Shown here: piece by piece, positions 48,818 through 59,582 of the stretch
Layout: each line of letters begins with the position of its first letter
Position numbering within the stretch: the stretch's first letter is position 1
Source of the DNA: an uncultured cyanobacterium
Lineage (GTDB): Bacteria > Cyanobacteriota > Cyanobacteriia > Cyanobacteriales > Nostocaceae
Direction: 5' to 3'
DNA: 64,000 nucleotides
NCBI GenBank assembly: GCA_963706595.1
Contig: OY970166.1
Span: forward strand, 3,552,001 to 3,616,000
Made by a program: the position numbers and the translations under genes
Notes under the pieces: model-generated
What the model was told of the DNA's origin: nothing
The model's input: only the letters and a program-made list of their open reading frames with translations
Databases searched by the model: none

Positions 48818-51154
48818 TTACTCAAAGCGCTGATTTTTATCTGACCAAAGCTTGAGGCTGTAGTTTTGGGCATTCTCTACCAACAATGCTAGAGATTGAC
48901 TATGAGAAAGCTTGGCGATCGCTGTTAAAGCTTGTGGAGAAGTATTTTGAAAATCTGTATAAATCACCTTACCACTATCCGACAAGATGAGAGTACGATG
49001 ACGAGACTGATTTTGCTGTGGTTTTGGGCTATCCAAGTTGATATTCTGCAAAGAGGCGATCGCATCAGCTGAGATAGTCAGCACCATTTCTAGCTGAGTA
49101 TCATTTGTTAAATCAATCATTTGTAGCGGCCAATCACCCAGTTGTGCTTGAATCTGCACAAAGCCAGGAACATCACCAACCGGAAGCTGACCGATTTGTT
49201 GTAAAGAACGCCACATAATCGGCAGTAGCGCCTCGACTGCTTGGGGATTTTGTTGATAAAGTGTTGTCAGAGTCATGGGAGATGGTTGCACCCATTCCAG
49301 CGCCGCCTCACTCAAGGCTAAAGGTTTGGGTAAGAGAGGATTATGCTGATTATGAGAAATTTGTTGCCCAGCCGCCAATAGCTGCAATATCCCATTTTGC
49401 CACCGCACACCTTTAATAGTAGCGGAGGTAATTTGCTGATTTCTTTGTGAATCCCAGACCAGAATCTGAATAACTGGGTTGAGATTAATTCCCAAAGTTG
49501 TCCAGAAAAACTGGGCGGGAGAAGTTTTGGGAGGTTGTAAATTCCTAAAAGGAGAACTCAGCCACCTTTTACCGTCATAAAAAGCATTTACCTCTACCCG
49601 ATACCAAGTTTGCTGATCTGTGAGTGTGAGGTCTGCGTTGCTATCTCGTTGCAACCACTCAAAGGAATTAATTTTAGTAATGGGCTGCACCGCACCCATA
49701 ATTTGACTGCGATGATTGGTCGATATTTGCGCCTTTTTCACCTCGCCCTTCAGTTGTGGTAACAAACCTTGAACATAGACCAGATTAGCTGGGGTAATTT
49801 TCGGTTGGGACTTTAACCAAGAATTAGCACGTTGTTCTCCCTGCTGCGCTGCTAAAATTAAAGTCGCCCAAGCTTGCACATCTTGTCTAATCGGATTAAC
49901 TCGCAACGCCGCCACTGTGCGATTCCACAACCGCCCGGTATCTGCTTTCAGTAGGTTAGCGATTTCTTGGGCATTCTGCGGCGATGCGGCAAATACTTGT
50001 AAAGCCTTCGCCCAACGACCATCAATCAACTCTGCCAATACTTGTTGACTAGGGCTAGCCCAACTAACATCGGCTTGCGCTGTGGTTAATTGGGAATGCA
50101 AGCGAATCAGATCAACTTGGCCTTGGGCGGCTGGGGGGAAACCTCCTTGATGCTGTTTTTGGATAAATTGCAACCATTCCAAGGCAGGTGTCCATAATCC
50201 ATTGCGAGCAATTAACAAGGCATCTGCATAAGCAGAATTTTGAAATGCTGGTGTTTTTAAAGATATCTCAGCCAGTTGAATCGGGTTGAGATAAAAATTA
50301 GTCGATTGGACTTGGTAAACCTTTAATTGGGGTTCTAAACCGACTGTTTGATCAATAACTAGCTCTTTTGCACCTCCACCAGTCACCTGCTGCCATTGGG
50401 GTCGTTGTCCGTTGGGATTTTGCCAAGATAACAACTGTTGTAGGTTCTGGCGCTGGGAGTTGTAATAGATAATATAACCGTAAGCGATCGCATTAGTTTC
50501 TTGTTGACGCTGACCCCACAAAGTCAACCAACTTCCTGGTGATAGTACGTCAGATCCCAAAGATTGAATTTCAGTTAAAGGGAGACGAATATTATGATCT
50601 CGGTATTCTAATGCCGGATCAATCAAAGATTCGTCTGGTGCAATGATGGCTAATTGAGCCGCTAGATCATAGTATTTTTCTGACTGTAATTGAAATTCTC
50701 GGTCTTCTGAGGGCTGATAAACTCTCAGTTCCACAATTTCTTGACAATCAGATTGGCAATTTTCACTCTTCTGAAAAATTGGTAATAAAAATGAGCCTTT
50801 CTCGTCATCTAAAGCTAGGGATTCCCCGGCTGTTTGTTGTTTACTCAGACCATCTAAAATTTGTTTGCGGCTTTGGGGACGTTCCCTGTCAGTCAGAGGA
50901 ATTTGCACCCATTCGGGGAGAAATTCGTTCAGCCAGCTTACTTGTTCCGGATGGAAGATAAAGAGAATACTTAACCAGATAAAAGTAATAATTAATCCAA
51001 CACTACTCAACAAAAGAGCGATCGCGAGAGTTGACCACAGCCAACCCCGTTGAGACTTTTGCCTGGGTTTTGAGGAGACGCGTTTGTTCGCCTTTGCATC
51101 AGACTGATTTCGTTTAGAAGCTTGTGGCGTGAGCTTTCGCCAGCGATTTGCCAT
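48818..51154 (-). CDS. Hypothetical single-pass membrane protein
   Basis: 778 aa; basic N-terminus followed by one TM helix. Confidence 0.8.
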   Translation of the reverse strand: MANRWRKLTPQASKRNQSDAKANKRVSSKPRQKSQRGWLWSTLAIALLLSSVGLIITFIWLSILFIFHPEQVSWLNEFLPEWVQIPLTDRERPQSRKQILDGLSKQQTAGESLALDDEKGSFLLPIFQKSENCQSDCQEIVELRVYQPSEDREFQLQSEKYYDLAAQLAIIAPDESLIDPALEYRDHNIRLPLTEIQSLGSDVLSPGSWLTLWGQRQQETNAIAYGYIIYYNSQRQNLQQLLSWQNPNGQRPQWQQVTGGGAKELVIDQTVGLEPQLKVYQVQSTNFYLNPIQLAEISLKTPAFQNSAYADALLIARNGLWTPALEWLQFIQKQHQGGFPPAAQGQVDLIRLHSQLTTAQADVSWASPSQQVLAELIDGRWAKALQVFAASPQNAQEIANLLKADTGRLWNRTVAALRVNPIRQDVQAWATLILAAQQGEQRANSWLKSQPKITPANLVYVQGLLPQLKGEVKKAQISTNHRSQIMGAVQPITKINSFEWLQRDSNADLTLTDQQTWYRVEVNAFYDGKRWLSSPFRNLQPPKTSPAQFFWTTLGINLNPVIQILVWDSQRNQQITSATIKGVRWQNGILQLLAAGQQISHNQHNPLLPKPLALSEAALEWVQPSPMTLTTLYQQNPQAVEALLPIMWRSLQQIGQLPVGDVPGFVQIQAQLGDWPLQMIDLTNDTQLEMVLTISADAIASLQNINLDSPKPQQNQSRHRTLILSDSGKVIYTDFQNTSPQALTAIAKLSHSQSLALLVENAQNYSLKLWSDKNQRFE

Positions 51155-52430
51155 TTTAGTTCTTATTTAAGCAGAGAGTAAGTTTCTATTTTATGAGATG
51201 TGATGCGTAAGAACAGAACCATTACGTGGACGTACACCCGATATCTTTACTTTTTCAGCCGAAAGAGTTGGTTCAGATCGTCCGTAATCGCTAACTTTAA
51301 ATTTTGTTAAAATCATTGCTTAACTGGATGCCTAAGTCAGGAAGTCAGCCTTCGGACTTAGGCTTTTAGCTATGTTGTCCACCCTTCTCAACACGAGCTA
51401 GTAGCACTGAATTGTTGCTCATATCTACCGCTTCTTTAATTTGATCAAATATTTATTTTTTTACGAATAATAAAAGAGGTTTGGTCATCAACCAAACCTC
51501 ACTATAAATCCAGTGCATAACAACATCCCGGATTAATGTACCTATTTTTTTCCTCCTTAGTCATCTTCCTATGGGATGTGTCCAAATGTGATAAAAGCTG
51601 ATAAGGGCTGTTTTAGGTATTGCCAAATACATTAGCCAAATCCTCTATAAGACAGCTTTAGATAGCTAAAAATGTTGATATGACGGAATACTCTTTTATC
51701 TAGTACTTCCCACCACAGCATTTTTCAAAATGATTAGCCAAATAAAAGACGGGTTTTATCCCGTCGATATAGCTTGAAAGTGGCGATACACCTTGTAATT
51801 TAGAAAAATAGCAAAAATAAGATTTAATGGGTTGTCAGGAAAGCAAATGATGTTAACAAAACGAACAGCTAATTATGCTGAATTCCGTGTTTTAATCAAA
51901 GTCAATCCTTGCACTGCTCATGAATATATCACATAATAAATTTAATGCGCTGCCAAAATGGCAGATACTCAACAATAAAATTCATGGCTTGGCTGTTGTT
52001 GTAAGTATAAATATGAGCAGCTTTTTGGTAATTTATGCAATTTCCCCAAAGATTTTGGAGAAAATTGTCAGAATCGCATATTGTTAAAAATGTCACAAAA
52101 TTCCTAGCATATCTGCCGGATCATCAAGGTCAGAGCTAAGTGTATGAAAAAAAACCTAAATATAGTTATAATTTAACTATTGAGACGAATATAATAACCG
52201 CAGTTCGACCGCAATCAATTTTCTGGTCAACATAGACTGCCTGATTTCGGATTTCTGCAATTCCACTTTCTGTTTATCGGTGAGTGCGAAAAAAGCATCT
52301 TGCTAATTTACGCAAATTTTTATTTAAATGTGTTACCTAGACAAAGTAACATCTATGTGTTAATTCTTAGTTATCTTAACGGTAACAAGCTCTGGAGTCA
52401 CATTTTTACTAATTCTGTTAATATTCCTAA

Positions 52431-53279
52431 ATGTTACAAGAAAAACATAAAAACGAAACAAAACTCGGTTGGTCTTTAGATGAACGAGATCCAAAATTTA
52501 TTGAATCTTTGATGCCCTTATTGGGCTTTTTGTATAATTATTACTTTCGAGTTAAAACTAGTGGTTGGCATCATATACAACCCGAAAAAAAAGTCCTCTT
52601 CGTGGGTTCTCACAATGGCGGACTGGCGGCTCCCGATATGTCGATGATGATGTACGACTGGTTCCGAAGATTTGGCTTTGAGAAGCCTGTCTACGGTCTC
52701 ATGCATCCCCATGTTTGGCAATTCACCCCTGCAATAGCCAAAATGGCTGCCAAAAGTGGAGCAGTCATCGCTCATCCGAAAATGGCTTACGCCGCTTTGC
52801 GTTCTGGGGCGAGTGTCCTGGTTTATCCTGGGGGAGCAGAAGATGTCTTTCGTCCCCATGATTTGCGGAATAAAATTTATTTTGCCGGACGACAAGGATT
52901 TATCAAGTTAGCGCTACGGGAGAACGTCCCAATTGTACCCGTAATTTCTACTGGCGCTCATGATACTCTGTTTGTGTTGACTGATGCCTATAAATTTGTA
53001 CGGCAACTGCATGAATGGGGAATGCCGTGGTTGTTTGGAGTTGATCCGGTAGTTTTTCCTGTTTATCTGGGATTACCGTGGGGATTAGCAATTGGACCGC
53101 TTCCGAATATCCCATTACCAGCGCCTATTCACACACGGGTGTGTAAACCCATTATATTTGAACGCTATGGTCGGGAAGCTGCTTGCGATCGCCATTATGT
53201 GAATGAATGCTATGAATTAGTTGTAAATCAGATGCAGCAAGAGTTAGACGAATTAGTTAAACTCAGCGCTAAAAGCTGA
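52431..53279 (+). CDS. Lysophospholipid/DGAT2-like acyltransferase
   Basis: HNGGLAAPD, VYPGG and GFIKLAL...PIVPV motifs. Confidence 0.88.
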   Translation: MLQEKHKNETKLGWSLDERDPKFIESLMPLLGFLYNYYFRVKTSGWHHIQPEKKVLFVGSHNGGLAAPDMSMMMYDWFRRFGFEKPVYGLMHPHVWQFTPAIAKMAAKSGAVIAHPKMAYAALRSGASVLVYPGGAEDVFRPHDLRNKIYFAGRQGFIKLALRENVPIVPVISTGAHDTLFVLTDAYKFVRQLHEWGMPWLFGVDPVVFPVYLGLPWGLAIGPLPNIPLPAPIHTRVCKPIIFERYGREAACDRHYVNECYELVVNQMQQELDELVKLSAKS

Positions 53280-53375
53280 TTTACAACAGCAAAGGCGAAA
53301 TTTTTGCTTGCACTTCTTCCGTCACTGCTGGTGGTACAGATTCAACAAACTGAAATAAACTTGCTTAATCTCAGA

Positions 53376-54740
53376 TTAAACTGGCACTGCTTGGCGAACT
53401 TCTACGGGTTCACCAGTTAAACTAAAAGCTCTAACTTCAGTAATTTTTACCTTGACAATTTGCCCTTTTAGTTGATTAATGTCACCTGTAAAGAAAGTCA
53501 AACGATTACCGCCAGTGCGTCCCATGACTTGGGTGGGATCTTTGGTATTTTGATCTTCGACTAAGACTTCTTCAATGCGTCCCATGTAACGCTGCGATCG
53601 CTCGGATGCTTTAACGTTAACTAAATGGTTTAATCTTTGTAGGCGATCGCTCTTCACTTCTTCACTGAGTTGATTTGTCCACAAAGCTGCTGGTGTACCA
53701 GGACGAGGGGAATATGCGGCTGTATTCAATAAATCGAAGCCGATATCTTCTACCAACTTCAGAGTATTTTCAAACTGTGCTTCCGTCTCCCCAGGAAAGC
53801 CCACAATTGCATCGCCACTAATGGAAGCATCAGGCATATACCCCCGAATCGTATCAATAATCCGGCGATATTTCTCCTGAGTATAACCCCGTGACATTGC
53901 TTTCAACAGTTCATTATCTCCAGATTGAAAGGGAATGTGAAAGTGTTCACACACCTTGGGTAACTCAGCACAAGCCTTAATTAATCGCTCCGTAAAATAA
54001 CGGGGATGGCTAGTAGCAAATCTTAAGCGTTCAATTCCTGGAATATCATGGACATAATAAAGTAAATCAGTGAAATTATGTAAATTGCGACCTTCTGGAG
54101 TTGTCCCTGGCAAATCTCGACCGTAAGCGTCAATATTTTGACCGAGAAGGGTAATTTCCTTGTAACCTTGTCGTCCCAGTTCTTCCATTTCCGCACGTAT
54201 GGCTTCTGGGGTGCGAGATTGTTCTACACCACGCACATTAGGAACCACGCAATAAGTGCAGCGTTCATTACAGCCATAAATAATATTCACCCAAGCAGTC
54301 ACACTGCTATCTCTTCGGGGCTGAGTAATATCTTCCATGATGTGAACCGACTCAGTGGCCACAACTTGATTACCATTTAAAACTGATGTCAGCAAATCTT
54401 GGAGACGGTTGGCGTGTTGTGGTCCCATTACCAAGTCCAATTCTGGGACTCGTCGTAATAAGGCTTCTCCTTCCTGCTGGGCAACACAACCAGCAACAAT
54501 CAGCGTTAAACCAGGCTCTTGTTGCTTGCGTTTGGCTTGTCTACCCAGATAAGAATACACCTTGTGTTCGGCGTTATCCCGAATCGTGCAGGTATTGTAG
54601 AGAATTAAATCTGCATCATTGGGGTCTTCTGACCATTTAAAGCCCATGTCTTCTAAAATGCCAGCCATGCGCTCGGAGTCGGCTTTATTCATTTGGCAAC
54701 CGAAAGTAATAATGTGGTAATGGCGATTAGAAGTAGTCAT
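53376..54740 (-). CDS. miaB: tRNA i6A37 methylthiotransferase
   Basis: [13 protein letters not shown] radical-SAM motif and TRAM domain. Confidence 0.97.
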   Translation of the reverse strand: MTTSNRHYHIITFGCQMNKADSERMAGILEDMGFKWSEDPNDADLILYNTCTIRDNAEHKVYSYLGRQAKRKQQEPGLTLIVAGCVAQQEGEALLRRVPELDLVMGPQHANRLQDLLTSVLNGNQVVATESVHIMEDITQPRRDSSVTAWVNIIYGCNERCTYCVVPNVRGVEQSRTPEAIRAEMEELGRQGYKEITLLGQNIDAYGRDLPGTTPEGRNLHNFTDLLYYVHDIPGIERLRFATSHPRYFTERLIKACAELPKVCEHFHIPFQSGDNELLKAMSRGYTQEKYRRIIDTIRGYMPDASISGDAIVGFPGETEAQFENTLKLVEDIGFDLLNTAAYSPRPGTPAALWTNQLSEEVKSDRLQRLNHLVNVKASERSQRYMGRIEEVLVEDQNTKDPTQVMGRTGGNRLTFFTGDINQLKGQIVKVKITEVRAFSLTGEPVEVRQAVPV

Positions 54741-54973
54741 GGGCGATTATGCTGAGTTAGCGTCAGGTATATAAACTTTGTTTCTATTCTATAACTCAGT
54801 TATCAGTTATCAGTTATCAGTTACCAGTCAATAGACATAATTGGGGTTAAGTTCTCCAGTATGTCAGCGTGATAACTGATAATTGTTCACTGGTTCACCG
54901 CTATTTCCCCAGGCTGCTATTGACCCCACCCCTAGCCCCTCCCCGCAAGCGAGGAGGGGCTGCTCAGGTCTAT

Positions 54974-56557
54974 TTATTCCTGACTTGCTGGCTGAGATGG
55001 AGCTGCTTCACGACTACGGCGTAATGAATTCCGCAACTGATTTTGACTAGAAGAGGAAGTATTAGCTGGTGCTGCTGGTGTACTTGCGGTGGGACGTGGC
55101 CGCCGATTTGTACTAGGTTGCGCTGGTCGTGGCGCTGGTCGTGCTGCTGCTGGTGCTGGATTGGTTCGCTGACGCTTGACCCTACGCAAAGAATCTCTGA
55201 CGTTTGACTGGCTAGGAGTAGGAGTCGTCCTTGTTCCAGATGATGAACCTGCGGCGGTGTTTTGCTGGCGTGGTCGTCTGACTGGTGTTGCTGCTGCGGG
55301 TCTGGTGACTGGGGCGGCTGGGGCTGTGGGTGTAATTTCTCGTCTGGCTCTGACTGTAGGTGTGCTGGTGGTGTTGGTAGCAGGAGTATTTGGAGTCGGT
55401 GTGGGAGTGGAACTAGATGCTGCTCTCTCGCGGCTTCTCTGTCTTGCTTGCTCTGCTTGTTTCTTTTTCCGTTCTTGGACTTGGCGGTGTCGCTGTGATC
55501 CTTCTATAGCAAATTCTGTGGCTATTGATACTCCCTCTCTACCACTCTCTGAGGGCTTCAATTTCCAGTTACGCGCTTGTCTCAAGGTTTCTTCGTCTAA
55601 TCTGCTGTTACCACTAGAGTTCACAATTCGCGCTCTGGTGACATTCCCTTTGGCATCAGTATCAACTGCTACTTCTACTTTACCCTCAATGCCTCGCCGT
55701 CTAGCAAACTCTGGATAATTGGTGTTGCACTCAGTACAAGCTGCACGACCATTACCTGAACCTCTGGAATTACCACTACTATTATTTTGCGGAGCAGTGT
55801 TTATCTGTGGCGTTTTGGGTGCAGTGGGTGCGACTGCGACAGGCGATCGCTGTACTCTTGTATTATTACTTGTATTATTATTTGTACCTGAAGCTACTGT
55901 ATTACTGCTTTGAGTGACTCTGGAATCTCTTAATCCACTTAAAGTTCCTCTGAGTTGTTCACTAGCTTGATTCGTCTGAGGAACTGCAATTGTCGATTCT
56001 GATGATGTTGTTGTTGAAGTCAACAGAGATTCTAACTTAGCTACAGATTCCTGGCGTGGGAGACTCGTAGGTTGAGGCTGTGCAGTGGTTGCTGTAGTTT
56101 GTTGGACTGGCTGAGAAACTGTTGGTTGGGGTGGCTGAGGAACCGGCGGAGTTTTCACACTTTCAACCTTTGGTGCTGGTGGAGTTACCGTTGGCTGCTG
56201 TTGTTGAGGCGCTAAAGCAGGCTGGGAAAATGTTGGCTCAATTTTTACCGGAGTTACCGGAGTTATTGGTGTGACTCTACTCGTAACAATCTTGGTCGGT
56301 TCAGGTATTTTAATTTTTTCAGGAATTATTTCTGGTGGTTTTTCTGGTTTTTCTTCTGGAGGGTCTACCGGATCTAAAATTACTAACTCTATTGGTTCAT
56401 ATTGTTCTTTCGGCACTCTCACCAACAAACTACCTATACCCGAAGCTAGTACGCCGATGTGTAGCGTGAACGAACCAATCAGACTGTAAATCAAGAAAGT
56501 CTTGAGAGCTTCAACTTCTTGGGAACGATGTTTGATAGAAATGCCGGAAAAGCTCAT
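54974..56557 (-). CDS. tonB: Energy transducer TonB with long disordered extensions
   Basis: SFTLH TM motif, Pro-rich linker, YPEFARRRGIEGKV...SSG..LD domain. Confidence 0.85.
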   Translation of the reverse strand: MSFSGISIKHRSQEVEALKTFLIYSLIGSFTLHIGVLASGIGSLLVRVPKEQYEPIELVILDPVDPPEEKPEKPPEIIPEKIKIPEPTKIVTSRVTPITPVTPVKIEPTFSQPALAPQQQQPTVTPPAPKVESVKTPPVPQPPQPTVSQPVQQTTATTAQPQPTSLPRQESVAKLESLLTSTTTSSESTIAVPQTNQASEQLRGTLSGLRDSRVTQSSNTVASGTNNNTSNNTRVQRSPVAVAPTAPKTPQINTAPQNNSSGNSRGSGNGRAACTECNTNYPEFARRRGIEGKVEVAVDTDAKGNVTRARIVNSSGNSRLDEETLRQARNWKLKPSESGREGVSIATEFAIEGSQRHRQVQERKKKQAEQARQRSRERAASSSTPTPTPNTPATNTTSTPTVRARREITPTAPAAPVTRPAAATPVRRPRQQNTAAGSSSGTRTTPTPSQSNVRDSLRRVKRQRTNPAPAAARPAPRPAQPSTNRRPRPTASTPAAPANTSSSSQNQLRNSLRRSREAAPSQPASQE

Positions 56558-57298
56558 AGTCTATTGCTACCTATTCTCACTTATCTAGCTATCTTAAAAC
56601 GCACAGGCTGAAAATATCAAGTAAAAATTGAAAATTCTTGCAGTAATCCTACGAAAACCTGTTTTAGCCCACACTTGCCAGTCCATTGCTGATCATCAGG
56701 GTTGTGTGTCTATAGATTGTTTAGTAGGTACTGGAACCCCACCCCCTCCGGTGCAAGCGAGAGCAGGGGGCTATAATATACCTTATATGATTAGGAAAGG
56801 CTATGTGTGACGGAATATAGATAAAAATTATTCTTTTTTATAGACTACTATTTTATTTTAATTCTTCGCAAAATAGTATCAACTATTTTGATTGATACTA
56901 AATTTGTCAGAAAAAGTGTATATAGTACAAGTCGGCGTAAATAAACAGACCATTCAAAATCCATGAAAAGCCCATTTTATAAGCTTTTTGACTTTTGACT
57001 TTTGACTTTTGACTTCCGCCTTGCGGTAATAGCGTCTCCCTTTGGGAGAAGCCCGTTGTGTACACACAAGTCTAAAAACGTTTATTTGCATAAGGTGCGT
57101 TAACCCATGCCATGTTGACACATTTATATCTTTGGTATGCGTTATTTATCTTAAGATAAGAATATAAAAGCAATTTCAATTTCATTAGTAAACTTAAGTA
57201 AGTTTATCTAGCGGTTAATAGCTAGTTACAAAAAATTAGCACCACAAAAATCTGTCTTTGAAGTAGGCTTGTAGCATCTCAACGCTTGTATTATTTTT

Positions 57299-59410
57299 AT
57301 GACTTCCTTGATTCGCTTCTTGATGTGCGCCCCTGACCACTACGATGTGGACTATGTAATTAATCCCTGGATGGAAGGGAATATTCACAAGTCTTCGCGC
57401 GATCGCGCCGTGGAACAGTGGCAAAAACTCCACCACATCCTTAAACAACACGCCATTGTCGATTTAGTAACTCCCCAGATTGGTTGGCCTGACATGGTAT
57501 TTACCGCCAATGCTGGTTTAGTCCTGGGGAAAAATGTTGTCCTCAGTCGATTTCTCCACAAAGAACGTCAGGGAGAAGAACCTTTCTTCCAAAACTGGTT
57601 TGAGGAAAACGGTTACACGGTGAATTTACTGCCAAAAGACTTACCCTTTGAAGGTGCTGGAGATGCACTTTTAGATCGGGAAGGACGTTGGTTATGGGCT
57701 GGATATGGTTTTCGCTCAGAATTAGATTCTCACCCTTATTTAGCTAAATGGCTAGATATTGAGGTGCTGTCTCTACGACTAATTGATGAGCGCTTCTATC
57801 ACCTAGATACCTGCTTCTGTCCTTTGGCTAACGGCTATTTATTGTATTATCCCGGCGCTTTTGATGCTTATTCTAACCGCTTAATAGAAATGCGAGTTGC
57901 GCCAGAAAAGCGCATAGCAATTACCGAAGCTGATGCTGTCAACTTCGCCTGTAATACGGTGAATGTGGAAAGCATCGTGATTATGAACAAAGCCAGCAAT
58001 ACTTTAAAAGCACGTTTAACAGATTTTGGTTTCCGAGTCATTGAAACCCCACTGACGGAATTCCTCAAAGCCGGTGGTGCTGCTAAATGTCTCACACTGC
58101 GTGTCACAGAACCACTAGACGCAGAAATTCATGCTAATGTCTCGGTCGAAAGCCGCGTGATTCGCATGGAAGGCCATTTGCTGGACTCTGGTTTGATTAA
58201 CCAAGCTCTAGATTTGATTGTGGATACTGGTGGAAGTTTCCAAGTGATGAATTTTAACTTGGGAGAACAACGCCAAAGTACATCTGCGGCTGAGGTACGC
58301 GTTTCTGCACCTTCTCATGAGGTGATGGAAGAAATCATCTCGCAGTTAATTGATTTGGGTGCTGTCGATTTACCCCAAGATGAACGAGACGCTAAATTAC
58401 AGCCTGTAATTCAAGCTGGGGTGGCTCCTGATGATTTCTATGTGAGTACAATTTATCCTACGGAAGTGCGGATTAATGGTGAATGGGTGCGGGTAGAAAA
58501 TCAGCGCATGGATGGCGCGATCGCCATTACTCAAACTGCCAATGGTTTAGTAGCTAGATGTAAACTATTACGTGACTTAGAAGTGGGCGATCGCGTAATT
58601 GTCGATGTCCTCGGTATCCGTACTATCCGCAAAACTGAATCCCGTGAACAGCGTAATTCTCAAGAATTTAGCTTTATGTCCTCTGGGGTTTCCAGCGAAA
58701 GACGTGTGGAAATTGTGGTGGAACAAGTCGCTTGGGAATTACGTAAAATTAGGGATGCTGGCGGTAAAGTAGTTGTCACTGCGGGTCCTGTGGTGATTCA
58801 CACAGGCGGCGGCGAACATTTGGCGCAACTGATTCGGGAAGGATATGTACAGGCGCTCTTGGGTGGGAATGCGATCGCAGTCCATGACATTGAGCAAAAT
58901 ATGATGGGGACTTCCCTCGGTGTAGATATGAAGCGGGGTGTAGCCGTGCGAGGTGGGCATCGCCATCACCTTAAAGCCATTAATATTATCCGCCGTTATG
59001 GCAGCATTGCCAAGGCTGTGGAAGCGGGAGTGGTTAAAAATGGTGTGATGTATGAATGTGTATCTAATAATATACCTTTCAGCCTCGCTGGTTCCATTCG
59101 CGATGATGGTCCTTTGCCTGATACCCAAACGGATTTGATTAAGGCACAGGAGGAATACGCCAAACTAATTGAGGGTGCGGAGATGATTTTGATGTTGTCT
59201 TCAATGTTACACTCAATTGGGGTGGGAAATATGACTCCGGCTGGGGTGAAGATGGTCTGTGTGGATATTAATCCGGCTGTAGTTACTAAGTTAAGCGATC
59301 GCGGTTCTGTGGAATCTGTGGGTGTGGTGACAGATGTCGGTTTGTTCCTGAGTCTGTTGATTCAGCAGTTGGAAAAGTTGACAAATCCTTATGTTGCTAG
59401 TGTAGGTTAA
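57299..59410 (+). CDS. agrE: Arginine dihydrolase / ornithine cyclodeaminase
   Basis: Amidinotransferase domain (INPWM, FYHLDTCF, GGAAKCLTL) fused to a LOR/SDH-like C-terminus; 703 aa. Also called argZ. Confidence 0.93.
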   Translation: MTSLIRFLMCAPDHYDVDYVINPWMEGNIHKSSRDRAVEQWQKLHHILKQHAIVDLVTPQIGWPDMVFTANAGLVLGKNVVLSRFLHKERQGEEPFFQNWFEENGYTVNLLPKDLPFEGAGDALLDREGRWLWAGYGFRSELDSHPYLAKWLDIEVLSLRLIDERFYHLDTCFCPLANGYLLYYPGAFDAYSNRLIEMRVAPEKRIAITEADAVNFACNTVNVESIVIMNKASNTLKARLTDFGFRVIETPLTEFLKAGGAAKCLTLRVTEPLDAEIHANVSVESRVIRMEGHLLDSGLINQALDLIVDTGGSFQVMNFNLGEQRQSTSAAEVRVSAPSHEVMEEIISQLIDLGAVDLPQDERDAKLQPVIQAGVAPDDFYVSTIYPTEVRINGEWVRVENQRMDGAIAITQTANGLVARCKLLRDLEVGDRVIVDVLGIRTIRKTESREQRNSQEFSFMSSGVSSERRVEIVVEQVAWELRKIRDAGGKVVVTAGPVVIHTGGGEHLAQLIREGYVQALLGGNAIAVHDIEQNMMGTSLGVDMKRGVAVRGGHRHHLKAINIIRRYGSIAKAVEAGVVKNGVMYECVSNNIPFSLAGSIRDDGPLPDTQTDLIKAQEEYAKLIEGAEMILMLSSMLHSIGVGNMTPAGVKMVCVDINPAVVTKLSDRGSVESVGVVTDVGLFLSLLIQQLEKLTNPYVASVG

Positions 59411-59582
59411 GGAAATAGATGTTCCTTATTGCGGACATCATTTACTTTATGGGTAATTATGTATGTCCGCAAACTACAATGAGTTTTAACTTTAGCTCCA
59501 AACTGTTCCTATGTTTTATGACCAGACGAAACCACAATAAGCTTATATGATTTAGTTCCTGAAATGAGTAAATCTAAATTAT

